A stretch of DNA of 64,000 nucleotides from Macrostomum lignano (Eukaryota): positions 62,001 through 126,000 of the forward strand of contig NIVC01000422.1 of assembly GCA_002269645.1 (NCBI GenBank), written 5' to 3'. How positions within the stretch are numbered: position 1 is the stretch's first letter; every line of letters starts with the position of its first letter. The translations under genes were made by a program, and so were the position numbers. Shown here one piece after another: positions 32,294 through 44,800 of this stretch. Under the pieces are notes generated by a model. The model was given only the letters and a program-made list of their open reading frames with translations. It searched no databases and was not told the origin of the DNA.

Positions 32294-35200
32294 TTAGTCT
32301 GTTGCTGCTGGTGTTGCTGTTGAAGGTCCAGCTGCTGGTGTCGATGAAGCAGCTGGTAGTGAGGATAGTGGCTGGACTCCTGCGGCAGCGTTAGGCTGTT
32401 CAACCTTCGTAGCGTTGGTAGCAGTCGTAGTGACACTGAGTCGGATTTCGATTTGCTGCTAAAAATAGTCTTGTTACCGCCCTGCTGAGCTGGTTTCGGC
32501 TGCTCACCCGAGGCTAAGGTTGATTGCGTCTGCGATTAGAGCGCGTTTTTAGTTAGTTTACTCAGAAATTTTTTTGTCGATTGAGGCTTCAACTTTTCAG
32601 AAGTTAATATAATATTAATGGATTTCTCTGCGTGTAAGACAAAAACCAGTTCTCGACTTGGCGGCCCTAAAGGTACACTGGACTATTGGATCAAAGTCAA
32701 ACCATTTTCAAGAAAATCTCCACAGTTAAGCGGAATTTCGACGCCACTTTATAAAACGCTCACCTCCTAATCAAAAGCTTCTAACACTTCAGACATCAGG
32801 CGTTTTGACATTTTTTCGGCAGGCCTGTGTTAAACCCCATCAAACTCTGAAAACCTTTTACGATGTTTTTAGATTAAAAAATCTAAGAACTACAGGTACA
32901 TTTATGCACTTTCTTTATTCTCAAAGCGTTAAAACAAAGTCTGTCCATGCTCTGAAACATTGCCTTGAGCTGGAAGCTCATCCTTATTCAGGATTTTTTA
33001 CCACTTTATAAAAGTGGTCATTTCTAGGAAACTGTCGCGAGCAAGCGGTCCTAGATCATTTTTAGAAGCATCCGGCCGGAAGTTGATATGGTTTGTAAAA
33101 CTCAGAGCTCGAGAAAAATTATTGAAAGGTTTATAGGTTGAGTCAAATTAAGCACCTGAATATAAGCAGCTCGTATTGTAAGGCTCTGGAAAAAATGGTG
33201 ATTGCAATCGCGACATCCTGTCGACTAGAATTTTCGGTTGTTTTTAAATTGTGGATTACATTCCAGTTGGACTCTCCAGTTAACATCTCATTTCTAATCT
33301 ATGAAACCAGCATACAAAGCTTATAGGCAAGTATTTCTAATTTTATATTACAAAGAAAATCGTACCTCCATGAAATCAGCAGTAGCAGTCGCTTTGTTAA
33401 TAGCAGAAAACCAGTTAAAACCGGTGGTTCCATTCAATTCTTCGCCTTGACTTCGCTTAGAACGTCTAGAATCTCGCAGTCCAGCCGCGTCGCCGAGTTT
33501 TCTCACTGGGAACCGGTGTCGCAACGACGCGGTCGGGGCGTAATTTTGCACCTGAACGCAGCTGCGCATGCCTAATGACCAATCGTACAGGCTGGCCACC
33601 TGGTCTGACAAGCGCTTTTTCTGCTTCTGCTGCTGCTGCTGCTGCTGCTCAGAACGTGGGTTGCCTGGCGTTAAATCAGACTCAGGAGACGGTTGTTGAC
33701 CCCCGGGTTGCGATCTGAATAGGCGGATGATGCAATATGATCTCATCGATTCATATGACAATTATGATATATAATTGATTGCACCTGCCCTAATGGCAGG
33801 TAACTGACAGCTCAGCCGCAGCTATTGCCCGGCACATCTGAAGGCTGCGTACGGCTGTTCAGTCCAAGGACTGGGGGCCGCCACACACACCCTCAATTAT
33901 CCCAGCTATTGCTGGCAGCCATTTTACAGCTGGGTGGGTGAACTGAAGCGAAGCATGAGTCAAGTGTCTGGCTCAAGGACACAAATTGTTCTGAAGTGGA
34001 TTCGAGAATCGAACCCCCGACCTTTCAGTCGTGAGACCTACGCTTTAACCACTAGCCTTCAACCCCTCGATTCATAAAATGCAAATAATTGTATTGTATA
34101 CCTGTAGTTGCATAAACTCTTCGAGGTATTATTAAAGCAATGATGGTAATCCACTTTTACATCCTGTATACTACAAATTAGTTGTCTATGGGTTTTTGCA
34201 TGATCGATCTTTCTTTGAAAAAATAAAAAATACCTATTGACAGCCTCACTAATTACCTCATCGATTGTTGCTGCTGCAGTCCATCTTCGACTCCAGTCTG
34301 ACCAAGCAGCACCTGCTGTTGCTGACCAGCTTCAACGATACTTGATGAAGCTTGGCTTTTGCTGGCCTGCCACATTTTTTCACTTGGTGCTGTGTTTTGC
34401 ATAGCTACACTGACTCAGTACCAAAGACTCTGTCAGTCGCTGAATACGCCAATATAATTTTTTTAGCTTCTTTCCTCTAACAGACTGGCATTGGCTTTTA
34501 TTCGCTCCTTGCCCAAGGTTTCCTTTTTTCCGCTCTAAAGAGTAGGAGCAGCAGGAGCACTGGGATGGGGAGCTGAAGCTTCTTTGGGGATGGGAGAGAA
34601 CAAGGCAGCTTAAGCCACGGTTTGATAGACAGATCGGAGAGCGCAGGCGATAGGTGAATAACAATAGGTCGCGAGGATGGCAGACGTGGGTGCAACAATG
34701 TAATTTTGGAGGGCCAACTTTTACCCAATTGCTGCTTCTTTAGGCAGAAGCCTATAGAGCTGGTTAATACGCTGCTGGCTTACAGTTGATAAGAAATACA
34801 GTTGTTCTCAGGCTTGGCACAAAGCTTTGTTGCTTAAGTCAGTAAGGAAGGAACTGCGATGTAGAACAGTGAGAATCTGGCAATGGTTTCACGCCAGATA
34901 TAGGCTTGACACACTAGCTATAAGTATAGGTGAGAATTGCACGGAAACTTTGATCATAAAACTATGCGCCCGTACTTGCAGTGGATGCCTGCCATTGTTC
35001 GTACAGATCTTATCCAGTGCCGCGCTTGTTAGGTGAATGCGTGAGGACTGTATAGAAAGTTATTGGACAATCTTTTTTATACTTCTTCCGTGTAAATATG
35101 TGAGCCTCCAGACTTTTCTACCTCCATATTGATCCCAGTTCCAGTTCATTACTTTTCCCGTGCATATCTTTACGTTACAGTGTATGAGCGTACTTCAGCT

Positions 35201-35540
35201 CAGAAATCCAGATGGATATTGGATTTACAGCTATTTTTAGAGAGAAAAAATAGCTACTATAAGTAGTAAGTTATATTTACAGGACCGAGTCACGCGCGGG
35301 CGGGGCGTATGTGGCTCGGCAGTCCCGGGTCAGTGAGTCAGGCCAAGTCACCCTCTTCAGCTGTCGCCGCTGTCGTCTTCGCAGCTGACTCGCTCGGACC
35401 AGACGTGGACGACGCATTCGTCGGCTTCGGTGCGGGGGCGGGTGGCTTTGCTGCTGTTGGTTCTCTTGCCGAAGTTTGCAGAGTCGCAGCCTCTTGTGCG
35501 GCTGCCACACCTCTGGACGCTATGACCAAACCCATGACCA
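32294..35540 (-). CDS. Uncharacterised low-complexity (Q/A/S/P-rich) protein, 3' exons
   Basis: Phase-compatible chain: exon ending 34257 (phase 2), 33714..33366, then 32458..32294 with stop. Upstream exons at ~34400-34730 and ~35280-35540 have unresolved frames. No family recognised. Confidence 0.45.
33782..34062 (-). mobile_element. tRNA-derived SINE, family 2 (copy 1)
   Basis: tRNA-like head (CTAGTGGTTAAAGCGT...GGTTCGATTCT) and central CCTTGAGCCAGACACTT...CACCCAGCTGTAAAATGG; alignable end to end with 59093-59380. Confidence 0.75.
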
Positions 35541-35583
35541 AGCAGTTTTGGCTCGGACGGGCACGTCAGTCTTGATCGATTTA

Positions 35584-36594
35584 CGTTAGTACCTTGTGAT
35601 GATGCTCATTCGGAAACAGGCTTCCGTCGTCTCCGTATTGGATAAAAACACCCTAATCAGATGAGTGGGTGTGTTACTAGTTCTGGCTGAAATGCGACTG
35701 GCCGAGATGACGTTGAGGCCTAAATCCTCCAACAGGTGCAGGTGCTTCAAGAATGCCGCTTTCCCGATCTCCACCTGCACCCCTCGGACCACGAAGGAAT
35801 GAGTTGTTGAGACCGGTCAGCGGGGAAAGACTGGTCTGGGCTCCGGCCACGTTTTGGGTGGTCTCTGGAACTCTCTGAGTCTCTGGGACTCTCTGGGTCT
35901 CTTGTGACTCTCTGGGTCTCTGGGACTCTCTGGGTCTCTGGGACTCTCTCGGTCTCTGAGACTCTGGGTCTCTGGAACTCTCTGGGTCTCTGGAACTCTC
36001 TGAGTCTTTGGGACTCTCTGGGTCTCTGGGACTCTCTGGGTCTCTGAGACTCTCTCGGTCTCTGGGACTCTCTGGGTGGTCTCTGGTGGTCTCTGGGAGT
36101 GTGGCAGCAAGGGAAAACCAGGGAAAATCCAGTCTCAAGACTCATTCTGTGGAATCTGGTAACTGTGGCCCGAGCCGACCATTGAAAGTTGGCCGCAAGC
36201 CACTTTCGGAAGTCGATTTGATTACTGTCCTTCTCTATATTGAATATGACAGGTACTACAGGTACTCTAGCTGGCCTTGGAAGTCGCCGCTGTGGCGTAG
36301 GAGCCGCTTTTGCCGCTGCCTCCCCGGCGTTGCCGCTCCCGCCTCACTGGGCTTGGGGTCCGCTTGGCACCGCAGGGCCGGGCGCGCCGACGCAGCAGCC
36401 GTCAGGGGACCCAGCGTAGCAGGGCTGGTGCCTGCCAGGCACTTTTTTGGCGCTTTCTGCTGCTGTTGGGCCTCCGCGCCCCGAGGTGCCAGCGCCAGGG
36501 AAATTTTGACACCTTCCTGGTCGCCGATACCCGTGACGCTGTGTTTGCACTTTCGCTGGCAGGCCCCGGCCATGATGATGACGGAGTCGGGTTT
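35584..36594 (-). mobile_element. 5' fragment of a second LINE type: broken gag-like ORF1 (I/Jockey-group-like), interrupted by a CCAGAGA-type minisatellite at ~35860-36100
   Basis: ATG at 36573. Frames give ...PVIFNIEKDSNQIDFRKW... and ...SFVVRGVQVEI...VISASRISARTSNTPTHLIRVFL..., resembling LINE ORF1 nucleic-acid-binding regions. Truncated at ~35584. Confidence 0.55.
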
Positions 36595-36615
36595 GGTGCA
36601 GAATCTGGCCTTGCT

Positions 36616-37463
36616 AACTAACTAACTAAATAAGTGCTCCGGCGCCTCAGCCATTGAAATAGGCTCTTACGCCACTAGACATAAATAAGTTTCCTACTAG
36701 GGAGTGTACTAATGTACACTAAAAGCCAAGTTAGACTATAGAGGACTGTACAGGGCTGTATCAAAAAAACCAAACCTCCCCGGGGGACAGTGACAGCGGA
36801 ACGACATACCAGTCAGGAAGCCCGTGCCCAAAAACCAGGTTAGATAGACCCAAGCCTATTAGGGATGGCCCGAAGGCCTAGAGCCGTGGCTACCATGCTG
36901 GGGCCGACCGCCCACCACCCCCGGGTACAAATCATAAACCTCCCCGAGGCTAGAGGGAGAAGAGTGAACCATTCAGGGGAGCCCGTGCCTTCTCCTGGGT
37001 TAGATAGGCCAAAACACCGGTCATAAGACCGCCCCACGGCCGTGGCAACCCGAAGGAGCCTCCCCCCAACTAAACCCCGGGTACACTTGCCAACAGACAG
37101 TCTCTTATCTTTGAAGCGGCAGGAGGGCTAATCGCCGGGACTATTTCACCCTTTGCTTCGCCAACCCGCCATTTCTATTATGACCGTGCCAACGGTCTCG
37201 TCCTGCTCAGACTCAGTCCTGGTTCTGGCACACTCCAGCTTTAATAGGGTCGCTGGCTGTACGCTCAGAGGGCGCCTGAGGGATACCGTCAGAGCACCTT
37301 GGTACAGGTATAGGCCTGCCTTCCTATACAGCTACCCACAGCCCCTCCCGATCCACTATTACCCTCCAACCCAGCCTACTCACTCATTACAAGCTTTCAG
37401 CCAGGCAGAGACAAGTTTCACAGAAGTGACTGCGGTTAGGCGTCTCTATGCGAGACAAAACCA
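36616..37463 (-). mobile_element. 848-bp non-coding LINE 3'-end insert with terminal stem-loop and (TTAG)n tail, flanked by a 21-nt direct repeat
   Basis: Minus 3' end TAGTGGCGTAAGAGCC-loop-GGCTGAGGCGCC...TTAGTTAGTTA; GGTGCAGAATCTGGCCTTGCT at 36595-36615 and 37464-37484. Confidence 0.65.
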
Positions 37464-37484
37464 GGTGCAGAATCTGGCCTTGCT

Positions 37485-37556
37485 GTGACTATGACTATGA
37501 TAAGTACTTCCGGCGCCTCAGCCTAAGTAAAAAGGCTCTTACGCCACTAGAGACCA
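37485..37556 (-). mobile_element. 72-bp related LINE 3'-end insert with (TCATAG)n tail, flanked by the same 21-nt repeat
   Basis: Same GGCGTAAGAGCC/GGCTGAGGCGCC stem with a different loop and tail; third repeat copy at 37557-37577. Confidence 0.6.
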
Positions 37557-37905
37557 GGTGCAGAATCTGGCCTTGCTCTGTCCTTGCTCTTTACTTGAAT
37601 AGAAATCCATAAACTTGTTGTCAATTCCAACTACTAACATTTCCCTAACCTGAACTACTTCAAGTAGTGTAAAAGCAAGTCTATTTGTATGATACATTAT
37701 TCATTGATACGGTTTAGGAATTATGCAGCCAATGCTATATACGAGTATCAGATGTCCAGCTAATTTTATGCTTGCATGCAATTGTTTTCATATTTGCACG
37801 TTTCTGAGCCGGGTGATTGTAAAACCATGGCTCTGCTCACATGCGCCCGTAATATTAAGATATTCACGACTTTTGGAACTGTTGTAGCAACTACTTACAG
37901 TAATA

Positions 37906-40900
37906 GCCGGGGCTGTTGCCCCCAGGACCCCGGACAGCCCACCTGAAGAAGGCTCCACCGACCCCCGGGCCTCCTACGCTGATGCGGCAAAGAGGCAACC
38001 GGCGGTTGTCATTCTGGGGAAGGACGCGCGCCTGTCTCCCGACCAGCTGAAGCAGGTGAGAGGTGCCGTTGATGGCCTCCTGTGGAAGCTAACTCTGAAG
38101 GGCACGCCTCTGAATATTCATTCTAATGCGACGAGGGACTCGTGCCTTCTCATTTGGCCCAGTGATGCTGACTCGGGTCGGCGGCTCCTTGAGCTGCTGC
38201 CCGAGCAGAGCTGGGACGTCAACTTAGCCTTCTGCAGAGAGGACGAGCACCCCCGAACCAAGAGGCATCGAATCTGGGTTCCGGCCAGGAGCGTCGTTAC
38301 CTCTGCTGACGAGCTCCGGAAAGGACTGCTAGCAGTCAACCGGGAGCTTCCCGCCGCGGGCCTAGTGGTGCATGACACCCTTAAGCGCACCGACGGCACT
38401 GGCTTCACAGCCATCCTGGGGCTGTCGGACGCCTGGATGAGGCGCTATCCGCACGGCAGCTTCATCAACATCGGCCTTTGGAAGCTGCGCATCCGCTCCT
38501 ACGAGGCCGACCCTCCCCGTGGCAGTGAGCAGGGCGGGCGGGATGCTGAGGCTACCGTGGCCGAGGCGCGAGCTTCTGCCCAGGCTGCCAAAGCAAACCG
38601 CCCCGCCCGGCAGCACGGCCGCGCGGGTAAAGCGAACGCGCTGCTGAGGGCGGAGGCGACCGACGCCCGGCGCGCAGCACCAAGCGGCGCGGCCTGTACC
38701 AGCGCGCATCTGAGGCGGTCCGCACCACCAAAATCACCTAGCGGAGGCGAGAGGTTGCCGGGACGCCTAGGCGCACCAGTTCGTCCAGGGAGGGTGGGGA
38801 CGTCCCAGCTGGGCCCAACCCCTCAGGGCAGTATCAGTTGCGTGGAGAGAGGCCCGGGTGGTCTTTATCCCCAAGCCTGGAAAGAGCGACTACCAATCGG
38901 TGAAGGCCTTCAGGCCTATCAGCCTCACCTCTCTCTGCCTTAAGCTCCTCGAGAGACTGGTGCTTTGCTGCCTACTTTCGGTCGAGCTGAAGCGCTTCCC
39001 ACTCTCGCAGAACCAGCATGCCTTCCGCGCGGGCAGGTCTACCGAGAGTGCCCTCCATGTCATTGTTGACTTACTGGAGAGGGCCGTTCTTGGCAGCGGC
39101 TTTGCCCTCTCGCTTTTCCTGGACATTGAGGTGGCCGACAACGTCATCTTCAAGGCCTTTTGCAGAGCCCTGGAATCCAGGGCTACGCACCCTCACCTTG
39201 TCCGGTGGATCATGTTCATGATCCGAAACCGCACTGTTGTGGCCGACCTGAACTCCAGCTCTCTTTCGGCGCCTGTCCAGAAAGGGGGCCCCCAGGGCGG
39301 AGTTCTCACCCCCGTTCTCTGGAACATGGTCATGGATGAGCTGCTTTGCAGTGATCTCCACGACCCCATTCTCAAGGTGGGCTATGTCGATGATGTGACC
39401 GCAATATGCGCGGGCCCCTCGGTTGATACCATCAGAGATCTTCTGCAGGGCTTTCTGGGACGAGCGGAGCTTTGGGCAAACCAACGTGGCCTTAGACTCT
39501 CAGAGTCGAAAACCCACAGCGGTCATGTTTACCAACAAATTGCTCTGGACCATTAGGCCCCTCACGCTCTATGAGAAGGATATTTCAATGGAGAAGCAGG
39601 TCCGCTGCCTGGGCCTCACTCAGGCTTAACTGGACTGAACTTAAAACTAAAAAAGCCCTGGCTGTCCTGGCTCAGATCAGGCGCGCCGTGGGCACCACCT
39701 GGGGGCTCACCCCCAGGAAGTTGTGGTGGATTTACACTGCCATCAACCGCCCCTCGATCAGTTACGCCAGCCTCGTGTGGGCCAGCGGCCTGAGTGTCAA
39801 GAGCAACCTCGACGCTCTTTACAAAACCCAGGGCAGAGCTTGCCGCATGTCTATGAGCGCTCCACCCTCTACTCCTTTTGAAGGCATGAATGCCTTCCTC
39901 TGTGCCCCTCCTCTGGATATTTTTATCAAAGGAGAGGCGGCGAAGAGCACCCGGCGTCTTCTAGATGCTGGGGTGGCCTTCAAGAAAGTGCGGGCCTTTA
40001 AGAAGCGGTCGCTTATCCCGCACTCTGACCTCTGCCTCAAGGCTCTCGAGGAGTGTGGCGGGCTCAACATCCTCACGGACTCGATCCCAGCCACCCTTCT
40101 CCTGAGCCAAAGGTCACTATTCAGCCTCGACACGAAGCGAGCGACAGCGCGAGCGATTCTGAAGTCCACTGTTACACTGACGGCTCTATGAGGCATGGTC
40201 TTTCAGGCTTCGGAGCTTGCGTCTTCTTCAAGGGAGACGTGGTGTGGAGCTTCTCCTAGCACACTGGGCTCAACTCCAGTGTTTTTCAGAGCGAGGTGCT
40301 TTGCCATCAGCTCCTGCGCGGCAGAGCTGCGCCGAAGGCAGCTCAGCGGTCGGAAATTTATTTTTCACTCTGACAGCCAAGCAGCCCTTCGAGCCCTCTA
40401 CCGCTGCACCACCAGCTCCAGGTCCGTCCTGGACTTCAACACCCAGCTCAACGCGGGCTTGCGCTAGGCAACCAGGTGGAGCTCAGATGGATCCCGGGCC
40501 ACGCCGGCTTCCTCGGCAACAAGCGCGCTGACCTGCTGGCCAAGGCTGGCTCCGCCGGCGCGCTGCTGGGGCCGGGCCCGGGAGCCCCCATCCCCGCCTC
40601 GGTGATCAACTCCCGCGTTAAGCGCTGGACTGACTCCGAGCATCTCCGCAGGTGGCACGACACCCGGAATTGTAGGCAATCCCGGGCGGCCGTCCCCTGC
40701 CCCTCTCCTCTCCTGCGTAGAGCCCTCCTCAGGCTCAACCGCAGAGACCTCAGAGCAGTTAGCATGGCCCTCTCCGGGCATAGCTGCTTCTCTCGCCACC
40801 GCTTCCTTCAGGGCCAAGTACCCGAGGAGCGGTGCCCCTTCTGCCGCTCAGGCAGTGAAAATCGAGCACTTTATTACTGCTAGGTTTTCAACCAGGGCCA

Positions 40901-41169
40901 GGCTCACTCACGTCGGGCCAAACCCGGTTCTCTCCGACGTTTGCAGGCCCGAGAGCATCCCGCTGCTCGCCCGGTACCTCAGGGACACCGGACGAGCTGA
41001 TTTCTTCCCCACCGTTGGTGAGGAGGACCGCGCTGCAGGCGAGACCGACGGGTCCCCCTGAGCGACACCACTTCAACGGAAGTCTTTGGTCGCCAGGGGC
41101 TAGCGGAATGGGCGGTCTCCCTCCGCCTCCTCGCTGCATCCGCCGGACGCCCCCTGCAGCTAAGTCAAG
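37906..41169 (+). mobile_element. 5'-truncated, internally deleted, decayed LINE (same clade as 1-4860): ORF1, RT, RNase H, CCHC; no APE; 13-bp TSD
   Basis: TSD ACTTACAGTAATA at 37893-37905 and 41170-41182. ORF1 runs directly into [14 protein letters not shown] at ~38845; GGPQGGVLTP, GYVDD, YTDGS, WIPGHAG and CPFC are present with several stops and frameshifts. Confidence 0.9.
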
Positions 41170-41846
41170 ACTTACAGTAATATTAACAAGCGTACGTCTA
41201 TGCAAATACATGTGTGCTTTGCAGCAGCAGTTGTGTTTATGCAAATATTTTTCTCACAAGTGTACAACTACAACTTGTGTGCATGTACATGCACTGCCAA
41301 CTGATTTCGTATAGTTGATAAGAGTGTATGCATGTACAGTTTGAAACTCTATGAAAGCACAGATTTAAGAGAGTTTTTCGTTCTACACTGAAAGTCTCTG
41401 TGGAACATTACCTAACCTAGATTGCTGTATAAAATACGCACGTATCAAGCGGGTAAGTGAGAGCTTTTTGTATACTGTCTGATTGCATTCTGTGAGCAAA
41501 TTTTTATGCCTGAGAGCACATGATGTGACGGATAGGTTAAGATAGAACTGCATAATAATAATTATTATTATGAAGTTAGTAGCCAGGTAGTAAGTATGTA
41601 GATGGATGTGTAGATTAGGTAGGCAATGGGTTGATTGGGTAGATAGATAATTAGTAGATTGGGTAGGCAATGGGTAGACTGGGTAGGCAATGAATAAATT
41701 AGATAGATAAGGGGATATTATCGTAGTTAGTTAATGGTTAAATACAGCGTAGATACAGGCTATAATGATATTGAATAAGTTGCTCTTACAACGATAGGCA
41801 TCTATTTGTCTCCAACAGACGTACAACAGCACTAATAATCACTTTA

Positions 41847-44800
41847 ATGGCACTCCTCGTTTGGCAATTAAACAAGCTCTATTGGACAATTTTTCTTAAT
41901 AGTGTCTTCACAGTTCTACTGTTTAACGGCAGACTAGTAGTGCAAAGCGAAACGTTATTTTATAATTCGCCATTACGACAAAAACTCTCACTAAATACGC
42001 CAAATGTTCAATGGGCTCTGCGCCGTTCAGATGGTGAGCAATAAATGAAGCATTTACTGTCCTAGTTGATTGATATTCTACAAAATAAATTACACCAAAC
42101 GTAACAACTTTGTAGGTGCGATCTCAGTGCCTGGCTCGGTGCCTGGAGATGTTTACAGCGACTTACGACAGGCTGGAATAATTCCGGATCCCATCGCCGA
42201 GTTTAATGACGTCAAAACGCGTTGGGTTGCCAATGCTAACTGGACCTACGAGGCGAAGTTTTACGGTTAGTGCAGAGCCCGAGAATTTGAAAAGGTGGCC
42301 CAGCAACTGGAGATCTGGGAGGCTGGCCCAACAACTGGAGATCTGGGAGGCTGGCCCAGCAACTGGAGATCTGGGAGGCTGGTGACCCAGCAACTGAGGA
42401 TCTGGGAGGCTGGTCCAGCAACTGAGGATCTGGGAGGCTGGCTCAGCAACTGAGGATCTGGGAGGCTGGCTCAGCAACTGAGGATCTGGGAGGCTGGCTC
42501 AGCAACTGGGGTTATGGGAGGCTGGCCCAGAAACTGGAGATCTGGGAGGCTGGCCCAGAAACTGGAGATCTGGGAGGCTGGCTCAGCAACTGGGGTTATG
42601 GGAGGCTGGCCCAGAAACTGGAGATCTGGGAGGCTGGCTCAGCAACTGGGGTTATGGGAGGCTGGCCCAGAAACTGGAGATCTGGGAGGCTGGCCCAGCA
42701 ACTGGGGTTATGGGAGGCTGGCCCAGCAACTGGAGATCTGGGAGGCTGGTGACCCAGCAACTGAGGATCTGGGAGGCTGGTCCAGCAACTGAGGATCTGG
42801 GAGGCTGGCTCAGCAACTGAGGATCTGGGAGGCTGGCTCAGCAACTGAGGATCTGGGAGGCTGGTCCAGCAACTGAGGATCTGGGAGGCTGGCTCAGCAA
42901 CTGAGGATCTGGGAGGCTGGCTCAGCAACTGGGGTTATGGGAGGCTGGCCCAGAAACTGGAGATCTGGGAGGCTGGCCCAGCAACTGGGGTTATGGGAGG
43001 CTGGCCCAGAAACTGGAGATCTGGGAGGCTGGCCCAGAAACTGGAGATCTGGGAGGCTGGCCCAGCAACTGGGGTTATGGGAGGCTGGCCCAGAAACTGG
43101 AGATCTGGGAGGCTGGCTCAGCAACTGGGGTTATGGGAGGCTGGTCCAGCAACTGAGGATCTGGGAGGCTGGCCCAGCAACTAAGGATCTGCGAGGCTGG
43201 CCCAGTAACTGAGGATCTGGGAGGCTGGCCCAGCAACTGAGGATCTGGGAGGCTGGCCCAGCAACTGAGGATCTGAGAGGCTGGCCCAGCAACTGAGGAT
43301 CTGGGAGGCTGGCCCAGCAACTGGAGATCTGGGAGGCTGGCCCAGCAACTGAGGATCTGGGAGGCTGGTGACCCAGCAACTGAGGATCAGGGAGGCTGAC
43401 CAAGAAACTGAGGATCTGGGAGGCTGGCCCAGCAAATGAGGATCTGGGAGGATGGTGACCCAGCAACTGAGGATCTGGGAGGCTGGCCGAGCAACTGGGG
43501 ATCTGGGGGGCTGGCCCAGCAACTGAGGATCTGGGAGGCTGGTGACCCAGCAACTGAGGATCTGGGAGGCTGGCCCAGCAACTGGGGATCTGGGAGGCTG
43601 GCCCAGCAACTGAGGATCTGGGAGGCTGGTGACCCAGCAACTGAGGATCAGGGAGGCTGGCCAAGAAACTGAGGATCTGGGAGGCTGGCCCAGCAAATGA
43701 GGATCTGGGAGGATGGTGACCCAGCAACTGAGGATCTGGGAGGCTGGCTCAGCAACTGGGGTTATGGGAGGCTGGTCCAGCAATTGAAGATCTAGGAGGC
43801 TGGTCCAGCAAACCTTCTGCTCCACTAAAATAAACAATAAATTAGTTCATGAAAGAAAGGGCAACTAGTTATTGAATATTAGCATTCTCTGCTAAGTGAA
43901 TATATAATAAAACAAACATTTTTTCAATCAGTAAGTTTTTATTCTGCATCAAGTTGTTTCACCCTGTATCTGGATAGGTTCGCATTGGCCATGCTTGTAC
44001 AGTAGCAATAGGGTGGTCATCCACTCTGTCAGATGAGACAGTTAATGCGAGCTGTGATGGCTAATAGAAGCGTCAGACGAGGTAATCAGGAATAAATAAA
44101 TCTGTTTGAAGTTAACACGTGAAAACATTTGTTAACAGAGTCACAGCAACCGAATCATAGCCAGAATGACGGCGGTGGCGAAGGCGGTAAAATTCCAGCC
44201 TCGAAGGCTGGCGACAGAGTTGCAGTAGTCCCCGCTGTTGCACGCTCTACAGTTGCTATAGGAGTCGAGCTTTGAGCACTCTCCACAGCCGGCGAAGAAG
44301 ATCTATGATGAAGTGGACAATACTAGTGTTGTTGAAGACCGTCTAACAGGTTGATGTCACTGTCTAACAGGTTGACGTCACTGTCTAACAGGTTGACGTC
44401 ACTGTCTAACAGGTTGATGTCACCGTCTAACAGATTGATGTCACTGTCTAACAGATTGATGTCACTGTCTAACAGGTTGATGTCACTGTCTAACAGATTG
44501 ATGTCACTGTCTAACAGGCTGACGTCACTGTCCAACAGGTTGACGTCACTGTCTAACAGGCTGACATCACTGTCTAACAGGTTGACGTCACTGTCTAACA
44601 GGTTGACGTCACTGTCTAACAGGTTGATGTCACTGTCTAACAGGTTGACGTCACTGTCTAACAGGTTGACGTCACTGTCTAACAGGTTGATGTCACTGTC
44701 TAACAGATTGACGTCACTGTCTAACAGGTTGACGTCACTGTCTAACAGGTTGATGTCACTGTCTAACAGATTGATGTCACTGTCTAACAGGTTGACGTCA

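Noticed and set aside
32665-33285. Possible Kolobok-type element (CTAAAGGTACACTGG)
   Set aside because: No matching right TIR or TTAA TSD found.
36595-36615. 21-nt repeat as part of a twister-sister ribozyme (GCAAGGCC) or the 28S rRNA word GGTGCAGATCTTGG
   Set aside because: Only 7-8 nt match; the rest of either structure is absent.
37153-37488. Plus-strand 111-aa ORF in the 848-bp insert
   Set aside because: No ATG start as called, no recognisable domain, and antisense to the orientation implied by the tail and G-U/UUCG evidence.
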